Below, one piece after another: positions 1 through 11,214 of a stretch of DNA of 64,000 bases; within the stretch, counting starts at the first letter, position 1; the number at the start of each line of letters is the position of its first letter. The position numbers and the translations under genes were made by a program. Source of the DNA: Bispira polyomma (taxonomy: Eukaryota); NCBI GenBank assembly GCA_965649765.1, contig OZ287755.1:57164001-57228000 (forward strand). The letters run 5' to 3'. The notes beneath the pieces were generated by a model. It did no database searches. It was not told the origin of the DNA and saw only the letters and a program-made list of their open reading frames with translations.

Positions 1-589
1 TTCTCTAGCACAGAACCTGGTGACTCACTGGGCCATCGGCAAATTATCATAGGAAGTCCTACTTTTATTCTGTATACCTAATATGTGGTTTTACGGCCAA
101 GCTACTTGCTTCTTAACCCATACTGTCTTGTTTTGTGAATACCTGACTCGTTCATCAATGCCAGTTTTCTTTAGTCATGTATCCACTACTCTCTGTAGGT
201 GATTCGCTCTACGTAGAGTCATCAGGGAAGGCACTAGGTCATCCGTTTCCACCGTTCCAGCCAACGGCGCCGGGTACTGGAAACAGGCATTGCAGGAACG
301 GTTGTCTTTGCAGCAGGTAATAAAAATGCACTAGCAGTCGAGGTAACTCTCTGTTCAGTATGCTCAACACGCCCTTTCATAACGGACATGCATCCATTTA
401 AATGTTTTAGTTCCTGTAGAATTCTCAAATTTACCTCGGAACTACTGATACTGCTAGTATCTGCACTGTCTACATTGTCTAAATGATCTGGTCAACTTGG
501 TCTGCTAATTTATACAGACATTCTTTAATTATTGGTTTTTCATGGCTTGTGCCACAAGCCGTACAACTAAAATTTTTTCTCGGAGCCAT
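1..589 (-). mobile_element. 5' gag fragment of a third Ngaro/DIRS-like YR retrotransposon (degenerate, runs off the window start)
   Basis: Minus strand from ATG 589 reads MAPRKNFSCTACGTSHEKPIIKEC, then ILQELKHLNG..RVEHTE, LALMNESG and VKKQVAWP*NHILG..KSRTSYDNL. These are collinear with the gag proteins at 5968 and 25997 (CxxCxxxH motif, WPQNxxL..RPTYDDL). Confidence 0.8.
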
Positions 590-792
590 CTGTAAGCAAT
601 ATAAGAGACAAAAAGCTAAAAATATGCATATTCACTGAGGTTGTAACTTTTTAATTTCAATTGTAATGGCAATGATTATATATCGATTTTGTTTTTCAGA
701 AATGATTAAGTTTGGTACAGCCCTCAGATATAGCTCCAACAAAGGAACAGAATTCGCATATGTGCCAACAACAGTCTTACGTCCATGCAATA

Positions 793-1043
793 GGGGCCAC
801 GGTGGCCTGGTGGTTAGCAAGCATTGCGCTTCACAATCACTGGTCTCTCACCTCTGGGCGGCGTGAGTTCGAATCCCGTCGATGCCTATGCGGGAAAGGT
901 GGTAGTTCCTTACTGTGGGCCGCTGATTTCAGTGCAGACCCTTGATCAACTGTATGCAGTGTTTCCTTCAGCGTTTCCAATTACCCGTCCCAATATAACC
1001 TAAACAGGTACTAGAGAGGATGTTAAATATCCAAATTCAAAGC
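793..1043 (+). mobile_element. tRNA-derived SINE, family A, copy 1
   Basis: A box TGGCCTGGTGG, B box GAGTTCGAATCCC, 3' end ...CCAAATTCAAA. 15-bp TSD TACGTCCATGCAATA at 778-792 and 1044-1058. Near-identical to 27211 and 56231. Confidence 0.93.
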
Positions 1044-1324
1044 TACGTCCATGCAATATGCTGCAAACAAACAATTCCCGTCTAAAACGTTACATATTAC
1101 ACTAGTTGTAAATAAAATAAGTAGAATATAAAGAGGTATATTTAGAAAGTAAAATGGGGTTTTAAAGTGGGGTAGATTAGTTTGAGCTGAAAAATATGTG
1201 TAATTAGGCCAACTGTCAGCCAATAAGCTAAAGAATCATTTGACACAAGAATTGATTTAAAAATGTAAGTTAGGGTTTAGCGCTGACCTAAGTAGCCTTG
1301 TTGTGTCAACCTTGCATTGCAGCG

Positions 1325-4300
1325 ACAGATGTAACAGGCCGAAGTTTTTAATTGAAAAGCAAGAAAATAGTGGCGAACACAGTAAGAAGTCCATGTATGT
1401 CATCAATATTTAATGGAGCCCAAAAAGCTTTCAACTGATGTCAGTTCCTTTTTTTCAAGAATAGCCACAAATCTGGGTGTCAATAAATGCACTACTTTAA
1501 AGACAATATGGCTCTGTGGTCGAGAAAGAACAGGTGATTGTTTAGATACACTTGCTTTTTCTGGATTTTTTTGGCATAAGAACAAACTCTCCAGTTTGAG
1601 CTATATGAAGTTTTTGATATCCTACTGCCCCAACAGTTAGTTACCAAGTGAGGCTCTACGTAAATAGGGCCCTCTCAGACACCTTGCATAAGTTGATGTA
1701 ATTTCCTACCACTAAAAGCAACAATAATTTATTTTAAGTTGACTAAAACCATGCAGTCCAATGACTGTTCAGTTTAAAGCGTGAATACATATTTAATTAC
1801 AACAGTAGAAGTGTCTCACTAATTAATTGCATTGTTTTATCCTCAGTGTAAATTTACCACTATATAATAAATAGTTTAAGTAGATGTTGTCACAGAGTTT
1901 GTCTTTTGTTTGTTTTTGTAGGGCAATTTTCTGTTAGATATAACCTGTATTTGGAACCATTAATATATTAATTGAGCTTAGATATATTGTCAGATATGTT
2001 TAATATTGCAATAAACATTTTTTTGTTAATGCATGCATTCCTTTAGTGGCAATAGGGTTTATAATTGTCTAAAAATGAGAAATTTTAAAATATATTTATG
2101 ATAATTAGTCTTTGTAAATTATGGAAAGCTATCTTGACACAAACATTCAAATTGGAAAGTTAGGGAAAAACAAAATGTATTAATGACAGTAAAGTTTAAA
2201 ATATTTAAATAAAACCTACGGACTAACTTAAAAAGACACGTAATCGCTTAATCTAATGTTACATTTGCCCGTTGTTTATATTTTTCCCTAAAGACCATTT
2301 CACAGTCAACTAGGTTTTCCAAATGGGCAATAATATTTGCACAAAAATGGGAATATCTGAGAAATAATTACAAATAGTGTAACACTGGATTTTAACCACA
2401 CATCTGTCTTACCAAATCAATAATTGATTTATGAAATGAAAAACTGCCTGAATCATAAACTATATTTCACTTTATACCATAACAAATTTGATTGCTTAAC
2501 ATTTTGATGCAAAACAATTAAATGAATGTCTTGTGTGGAAACATGCTACAAAATGTTAAACTGCTCTTTATGTCCATACAAGTAACTGTGGGTGCTTTAT
2601 TTTTTATGTGTCTTGAATTTGCTGCAATAAACAAGAACACAAATCCAAGATACAAATAAAAAACACACCTTGAAAAAGGAAAGAAAAAAAAATCTTAAAA
2701 ATAAGCTGTAGCATCTGATGTTTTAGTATAATGTGATGACATTGATGACAAATGTAGATTTTTTATCACCCATCAGACACGTTTACATCATAGGATGTGT
2801 CAATGAGATATGAAGAAAGGAAGTTAGTGATATGCTAAATGACAATTTTTGGCTGATAAACCAGGGTTTGTATTAAAGGTCATAAACTTCAACTCACAAG
2901 AATCTCAAAATATGTCCTTCTGTGCCTTTGAGCTAATAAAATTGAATAGTGAAAATTAATTCCCAGTGAACATTTCTAGTTGTATTTATCTTGGTAATAA
3001 AATTTGGCCCTCCCAAAATCCACTCATTGTCTTCACATAAGTAACGTTAAATTTTACCAAAAACAAAGAAATCCACCAGTTCACCACCACTCCTCCTTGG
3101 AAATCAATCTAGACATTGTCTGATTATAAAATCACGATTCAATGCGATGTGATGTAATCAGAGACGTTCTGACATAACCACTGATAATTATTACACAATG
3201 TTTGTCACAATTTTTGTGTTAACACAGCCCACACCATCTCGGTTTACAATTAACGCTTGCTTACTCAATGTGCTCCAGGGGTCCGTATTCATCAAAGGGT
3301 GCAACTTAAACTCACCATCATCTGAAAATATGCCCTAGTGTATCTTTGTGTACACAAAACATATATCAAATCACATGAAAGGTGAGATGAGTTTATGAAG
3401 TATTGAATACATAGTTAAGATCAGTTTTATATTAAGTATTTCCTAAACCCCTTAACCATCTCAATAATTAATTTCATGACAAATTTCTTGACTGATAGGG
3501 CATCCTTTAGGAAGAGCCTCACTTTGTAACTAACTGTTGGAGTAGTGGGATATCAAAAAACTTTATGTAGCTTAAACTGGAGAGTTGTTCTTATGCAAAA
3601 AAACCTCCAGAAAAAGCTACTGTATTTAAAAATTCTCTTGCTACTTTGTCCTTTCTCGACCACAGAGCCATGTTGTCCAATGCATTTAATGACGCCCACA
3701 TTTGTGGCTGTCTTTGACAAAAGGTAACTGACATTAGTTGAAGGCTTTATTGACTCCATTAAAAATTAATGAAATACATATACTTCTTCCAGTACGAAGT
3801 GTGGGTGAATGCTGCAACAGTAGAAGGGTCTCTGTAAATAATATCATGACAAACAATGAGTAAAATATATTCACTATATAATAAAATAGTTTTTGTATGT
3901 GTTGTCAAAGAGTTTGTCTTCTGCTTTTGTAAGATCAATTATACACATATTATATAAATTAAAGGTGTATGGTGTAAATATCTGGAGGCAAGTGTATGTA
4001 AGATATAACCTATGTTTGGAACCATTCATATAATAATAGAGCTGTGACTTCTAAATATGAAATTATCTTGACCATGCATTATGACACGGTGTAGTAAAAT
4101 TTTTAAACAATCATATAAAATCAACTATTGTTCTTTCCTCTCATGAATTAATACTAGTGGAAAAAATAATATTAATTCAAGAATGGGAAGAACAATCTAA
4201 TAATATATATCTGCTTCAGTAAAGAACAAATCTTCAACTGGCCTACACACACAGGTTTTTCAACACTTTGTTTAATCCCCACCCCTAGCTGGTCAATATT

Positions 4301-5655
4301 TGTGATGGACTAAGCTTTGCATACAAAGTTATCCTTCCTTTGGCGACATAAATTTGATTATACATTTGATATAATCATTATTTATATCAGCCCAAATTCA
4401 GGAATATGTGGATTAAAATGGCCAGTTTATAATATCTTTACAATTTGATCACATGAAAAACTGTCTGAATCATTTTTCACTTCATACAATCACAAGTTTG
4501 ATTGCTTAACATTTTGATGCAAAACAATTAAATGAATGTCTTGTGTGGAAACATGCCACAAAATGGTAAATTGCTCTTTATGTCCATACAAGTAACTGTG
4601 GGTGCTTTATTTTTATGTGTGTTGAATTTGCTGCAACAAACAAGAAAACAAATCCAAGATACAAATAAAAACACACATTGAAAAGGGAAAGAAAAAAAAA
4701 CTTAAAAATAAGCTGTAGCATCTGATGTTTTAGTGTAATGTGGTGACATTGATGACAAACGTTGATTTATTTTTATCACCCATCAGACACGTTTACATCA
4801 TAGGATATGACAGTGAGATATGAAGAAAGGAAGTTAGTGATATGCCAATTTTTGGCTGATAAACCAGAGTTTGTATTAAAAGTCTTAAACTTCAACTCAC
4901 AAGAATCTCAAAATATGTCCTTCTGTGTGTTTTAGTTAATAAAATTGGATAGTGAAAATTAATTCCCAGTGAAAATTTCTAGTTGTATTTATCTTGTTAA
5001 TCAAACTTGGCCCTCACAAAATTGACTCATTGTCTTCACCTAAGTCACATATTTATCTTGTTAATCAAACTTTGCCCTCACAAAATCGGCTCATTGTCTT
5101 CACCTAAGTCACGTTAAATTTCACCAAAAACAAAGAAAGCCCACCAGTTCGCCCCCACTCTCCCTTGGAATGTAACATTGTCTGATTATAAAGTCACGAT
5201 TAGTTGCAATGTTATGTAATCAGAGCCGGTTTAACATAACCACTGATAATTATTACACAATGTGTCACAATATTTGTTTTAACACAGTCCCACACAGTCT
5301 CAGTTTACAACTATTGCTTGCTTACTCAATGTGCTCCAGGGGCCTGTATTTAATAAAGGGTGCAACTTAAACTTAAACTCACCATCTTTTGAAAATATGC
5401 CCTGGTGTATCTTTGAGTACACAATATATATATATATATATATATATAAACACATGAAAGGTATATAAAGGATCTAAAAGATTAAACATATATTTTAGAT
5501 CAGTTATAAATCAAGTGCTTCCTGAACCCCTGTACTATTGCAGCATATACTGTAACAGTGGAATCTTAATATCCTTGGGATGTTGGCTGGTGTGTTTCTA
5601 AATGATGTAAGGCAAAGTTTGTAATTGGACAGAAAGGGAATTGTGGCGAACACAA
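1325..5655. repeat. Diverged ~2.1-kb tandem duplication (about 1330-3500 and 3500-5600, third unit starting ~5600) with a ~290-bp internal inversion
   Basis: 2490-3400 aligns by eye with 4495-5460. 1385-1670 is the reverse complement of 3495-3790 (short ORFs MEPKKLSTDVS and MESIKPSTNVS on opposite strands). GTGGCGAACAC recurs at ~1370 and ~5643. Confidence 0.8.
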
Positions 5656-5967
5656 AAAAAAACTGTTTTTTTTTTTATATTTTTATTTTCTTTTTCATAA
5701 CATGTGCACAAATTTATATTCACATATGTTTATATATTTACTAGTCACTATTTGGTGGGCTGACGCCTCGGTGTCAGCCCCCTCACTTCTGGTACCAGGC
5801 TATTGGGGGCCAATTAGGCCACCTGGGGTCACGAGGACAACTATAAAAGGCTTTGGCGCCCAACCAGTGCCAGCATTAAATTTTAACTTGTCACACATTA
5901 AGAGTGTTTTTACAACTGGGCGTTACTACCCACTTTTATGTTTTAAAACCTCATTTTATTATTGATC

Positions 5968-6981
5968 ATGGCTCCTAAAAAGGAGTACCAATGTAGTATG
6001 TGTATGGGTAGACACGAACGGCTTGTAGGCAGAAAGTGTCATTTTGTTATTGATGACAGCGGCGCCGATGATGTACCCACAGCTGGTCCTGCTACTGTAG
6101 AGGTATCCGACTCTTTGTCTGAGCAGATTTTATTACAACTGCAGTCGTTAAACCAGAAGATGGATAGCATGGACCAGCGTGTGAAGGTTACAGAGGCGGC
6201 GCTGGGTGTGTACCGTAAGGCATGTAGTACTTTACCTGTTGGCAAATGTAAATGTTGTTCCTAGTGTAGGCGCTAGTAATGTAGTGGAACCAGTGGTCGA
6301 GGCAGTAGTCCCTTCTCTATCATTCTTGCATTCTAACGAAAATTTCACAAGTTGATCAAAGGTTACTGCAGCTACAACAGTTGAATGAAATAACTGGGGC
6401 AGGTAAATTGAAATCCCAGCGAGGTTGCACTGATGCCCCAATTAAAAGATCTGTGGATTGGCCACAAAATTTTGTGTTGTCCGGTAGTAAAAAGGGCCGT
6501 CCGACTTATGACGATTTAACTTTGGTATAGTTTACCGTGGGATTCGTAAGGTGCGTGCAAGAGCAAAAGTCGTCGGAAATCAAGGAAGCAATGCTTGAAT
6601 ATCTAGCCAACCTCCTGGACGACGCCCACGATTTTTCGTGGGAGGCGGCCAAAGCTTCGCATGCCTTATTACTGACTAATATGGAGTTAGACCGACTTAA
6701 CTGGACTGATGTGGACAAAGTTGACCGCATACGCCGGGCACACGCTCAACGTCATATATCAAATAGTACCAACGGTAACAGTAGTTCAAAAACCAGTACT
6801 AGCAATAAGCAAAAAATCACAGGGTAAAACTCGAGGTGTCATATGTAGATTTTATCAGGAGAGCACCTACATATTTAATGCTAATCACCGAACCTCTGGG
6901 CAACTGTTTAGACACTGTTGTGAAACGTGTGACGGTGCTCATCAAAGCAAGTTGTGTCCGGAAAAGGGGTAAAAAAACTAA
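5968..6981 (+). pseudogene. Gag-like ORF1 of element 1 (frameshifts and stops)
   Basis: N-terminal CSMCMGRHERLVGRKC, core WPQNFVL..RPTYDDL..YLANLLDDAHDFSWEAAKASHA..RIRRAHAQRH, C-terminal Cys/His knuckles CRFYQ..H..CETCDGAHQSKLC. Confidence 0.85.
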
Positions 6982-9501
6982 GGGCCCACTGCAAAAGTGC
7001 AATGGGTATATCACTGTTTACCAGATTCGTGTATAATTCGAAATTCAAAGATTTTAACCTTTGTTTTAACATGTGTTTTAAACAGTATGCTTGTTCTAAC
7101 AAAAATGTACAAAGATCTTATAAAGATGTACTTGTGAAGGGTTGTGTGGTTGACAAAATTCCCAGAGAAAATTCAGCTGTGGGTGGAATTGGAGGAAATA
7201 GTGTACCTTCGAGAGTTCTGGTCAAATACAAAATATTTACAAATGTAAAAGGAGTTGTATTCGACAACAAAGGTCAAAATAAAGGTAAAAATAACACTGC
7301 ACACTATTCCAATCGGGCTGACAGGCGGGATAAACACAACAATGGCACTCGCCATAATTGTGAACGAGGTGTCAAAACCAACTCAGTAAAAGTGTCCAAG
7401 GGGCTTGACCCCACCGTTAACCAACAAGTTGTCAACAAGCCATTGTCTCAGTCAAATAGGTTTGATACTGTGGCAAAGAACAATGACTTCCAATTACCAC
7501 TGTACAATCGATATGCTGTGTTAAACATGGCTTGTGGGGAGGGGGAAGGTGTGAATAACAATGGCTATTGTGTGGGGAGTTCACATTGTAACACAGGCTC
7601 GCCTGTCAATAAAACAATGAAACCAAATGTCAAGGTGTTAACTCCCGTCAAGAAACTTGGCAAAAATAAAATCAATTTGACTGATGACAAATATGCTCTG
7701 GATATGCACAGGTCCTCCGATAAAAGGAAAAGACTTCATGACGCGAAAGCGTGTGATACTTTTAAGTTATGGGACATTCAAAATAGTGGGAAGTTTGGAT
7801 TTATTCCACTTTCGTCCTGGGGAAGCCAATTCTAGACAAATCCAATGAACAAGATTCTATGAATGTGTTTACACTGCATAAATATTTACAACGTGATGGC
7901 CGTCCTAATTATAGGGGACTTCAAATTCCTGTCGCTTCTCAACTGAATGCCTCAGTGTGGGTTGAATACTTGAGAGACTACTGGGACTGGGAAGTCCCGT
8001 TACTGATCAAATTTGGGTTTCCCCTTGACTGTACTAATGGAAACGAGTTTAAGTCTGACCTTAACAATCATTCCTCTGCAACTAGATATCCAGATCATGT
8101 TAGTCACTACTTGGAGGAAGAATGTAGGCTGGGGGCCATGTATGGTCCCTTTGAGGTGCCACCAATTTTAAAATTACATACTTCCCCCTTCATGACCCGA
8201 GATAAGTCGAGCTCAACTAACCGTTGTGTGATCATAGACCTTAGCTGGCCAGAAGGGCATTCAGTGAATGCTGCTGTGTGTCCAATTGCTTATCTAGATA
8301 AGGAATTCTTGTTAACGTATCCATCTATTGACACTATAACGTCTCAAGTCCTTGCTATGGGTAGAAGTTCACTAATTTTCAAAACTGATATTAGTCGTGC
8401 TTTTAGGCACGTGCCTATGGATCCAAAAGAACTAAATTTGCTGGGGCTTTATTGGGATGGCTATTACGTGGATGGTTCACTCCCCTTTTGCTACGAGCAC
8501 GGCTCGGCAATATTTCAGCGAGTCTCGGACAGGGTGAGATATATTATGCAAGGTGAAGGTCACCATATCATAAATTATATAGACAATCTCCTTTGCTGCT
8601 CAGTTCCGTCAAAAATATACCGAACCTACCATCGCTTACAAGCCTTGCTTGCTGAGTTAGGTCTGACCTTGAGTGACAAAAAATTGGTACCTCCTGCCAC
8701 TCGGGTTACTTGTCTCGGTATTATTATACACACTGTTGACTTTACTACCTCTATTCCAGAGGAAAAATCAATTACCATCCAAGCCATGTGTGACAATTGG
8801 GCTGGAAAAAAGTATTGTACAAAAAAGGAACTCCAGTGTTTACTGGGTTCTCTACTATATGTCTCAAAATGTGTCAAATACTCAAGATTTTTCTTGAACA
8901 GGATGCTTCATCTTCTTCAAAGTAATTACAAAGGCAAAACATTTAAAATCACCACGGAATTTCAAAAAGACCTCAATTGGTTCAGAATCTTTCTCAAAAA
9001 ATTCAATGGTGTCTCTTTTTTCCACCATAACCCCATTACAGCCTTAATAGAACTAGACGCTTGCTTGACAGGCATTGGGGGGGGGGGGGTTATGGCCAGA
9101 AAGTATATACACTGCCCATACCTGTTGATTTACAACACCTTAATATTGCCTCGTTGGAGATGTTGAATATATTTGTGGCCTTGAAATTATGGGGTACCTT
9201 GTGGCAATGTCACAAGGTCCTCATAAAATGTGATAATCAGGCTGTGGTTAGTGTCCTCACCAATGGGAGAACTAAAGATAGTATTTTAGCTTTGTATTCA
9301 CGTAATATCTTTATGCTGGCTAGCCATTATGATGTGGAGTTACAAGTTATTCATATACTAGGTGAACATAACACTACTGCAGACTTGCTTTCCAGATGGA
9401 GAAATTCCACTCAAGATCATACTTTATTAAATAGCCTTGTTGGTGCAGTCCAGTGGTGTCCAGTTACAGATCAGTATTTAGTACTTAATACAGAGATATA
9501 A
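6954..9501 (+). pseudogene. Pol of element 1: ~290-aa basic N-terminal extension, RT and RNase H
   Basis: RT motifs KTDISRAFRHVP, LPFCYEHGSAIFQR and YIDN (YIDD degenerate). RNase H LDACLTGIG..IASLEMLN..CDNQAVV..NTTADLLSR. Frameshifts at ~7817 and in the G-run at 9077-9088. Confidence 0.92.
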
Positions 9502-9546
9502 TGCTTAATGTGTTGGATGTTTCCTTGTACTCCCTCTGTGTTTCAG

Positions 9547-10500
9547 ATAAGAGTCCATTACAAAAACTACTGTATCGCAATGCAACGAAAAAACTTCATC
9601 TGGCCTTCTGTAGGTCCACTGCCAGGTCCTACAAAGCTATGTACCGTCTGTATCTGGCTTTTGCAGCCTTTATGGATTGGCCTTTAAACCAGGTGACAGT
9701 ATTTCATTTATTATGTTTTCTTGAAATGTTGCAATTTAACTCTGTAAAACCTGCCCATATGGCAAACTATGTCTGCTATCAAAGCTCAGTCGATTGTGCA
9801 TAATGTCCAAATACAGGCCTTCAGTGATCCTCGTATTACCTACTATCAGAAGGCTGTGCAAATGGCTGCCCCTTTAAATGTTAACCTTAAAAAGATTATA
9901 GACATTCCCACTTTGGCAAATATTATATCCGTGTCCCACACCACCTATATGGGCCTGATATTTAAGGCTGTCTATCTTCTAAGTTTCTTCTCTTTTCTTT
10001 GGTTATCAAATCTTGTACCACATTCAGCAGTGCAATTTTCTGCACTTAGGCACTTAGCTAGGGGTGACGTGCTCTTCCATCCAGATAAAGCTGTCATCCT
10101 TATCAAGTGGTCTAAAACCATGCAAAATAATAAGCAAATCAAACTCCTTACTATTCAACGCTTACCCAGCTCACCATTATGCCCGGTTGACTCCGTCGGG
10201 CCCCAACTTGCCTATGTTTCAAATCAAAATTGGGTACCACTGACTGATACCAGGGTACATCGTCATCTCAAGGATATATTACTCAGACTAAAACTACAAC
10301 ATTCTGGACTTACCTTCCACGCTTTCCGTCGTTCAGGTGCCACTTTTGCTTTTAACCACAACGTAAGCATTCAAAACATTCAGAACCATGGCACCTGGAC
10401 CTCAGATTGCGTGTGGAGGTATGTCACTGACACTGTTGATACTGGTCATCAAGTGGCTGATTCATTCAGACGCCATCTATCTGTGTCCCCTACCTCCTAG
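9547..10500 (+). pseudogene. Tyrosine recombinase of element 1
   Basis: FFSFLW(R)LSNL, KWSKT, LCPV, HAFRRSGAT, HGTWTSDCVWRY (H-x-x-R, H/W and Y catalytic boxes; first catalytic Arg appears mutated to Trp). One frameshift ~9770. Preceded by a strong splice acceptor. Confidence 0.92.
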
Positions 10501-11214
10501 GCTTCTACTCTATTGGGGTTTGGCTGCTTATAGTCAATTATTAATTTTAGCACATCTAAGTTTAACTGATTATGTAATGCAGTTATGTAATGTTACCTGT
10601 ATTGTAGTTAACTGGCTTAGTTAATACCACTTGCTAACGACAACAGTAGTATGTAATTCCGGAGTGTTAAAAGTAACTTCTGTTTATTCAGACTGTTAAA
10701 GTAACTTCTGTATTCTTTCTACTCAGTATGTTATGCTGAAACTGTGAAATTATTATAGCAACTTATTATAAAGGTTAATTTGCTAGACTGTAAACAGTTG
10801 TATTGGTTCTAAGTAAACGCTACAGTACAGTAGCTACCTAGTCTAAATCAAGTTTATAAAGGTTTTGGATTTAAGGTCACCTTACTTTTTAAACCTGCCC
10901 ATGGTTGGATCTTGTAATTATGAACATTAAAATTCTGTATGTAAGGTGACCTTACCTAAATTTATTTATAAATCCTAAGTAACTTAAATTGTTTTAGGGT
11001 GACCTTAAAGTGACCATGTACATAGTAGTAATCTAACACTTAGTCTAATAAATAAATAAATTTACCGCATTCTCTTGTATAACTACCTTATCTTCTGACC
11101 TCTGACCCTCTGGTCTGTTACCGGAGAAGTGAGTACAAAAATATACACAAAGAAGCCACATAAAAAATGAACCAAAACATCTAACTTCAAGATAGTATCC
11201 ACATTAACACTCAT

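Larger units (their letters stand above)
5745..11065 (+). mobile_element. Ngaro/DIRS-like YR retrotransposon 1 (gag, RT/RNase H, YR); degenerate, 3' split repeats missing
   Basis: gag-RT/RH-YR order, 5' GC hairpin GGGCTGAC..GTCAGCCC, TATA-like TATAAAAG ~5842, 3' AATAAA run 11047-11060. Ends are approximate. Confidence 0.9.

Noticed and set aside
793-880. tRNA gene (possible TCA or CAC anticodon)
   Set aside because: A and B boxes are present but there is no proper cloverleaf; it continues into a SINE body with TSDs and occurs in three copies.
5782-11133. Inverted terminal repeats for element 1 (CTCACTTCT / AGAAGTGAG)
   Set aside because: Only ~9 bp match; the related element 2 uses split direct repeats, so chance is more likely.
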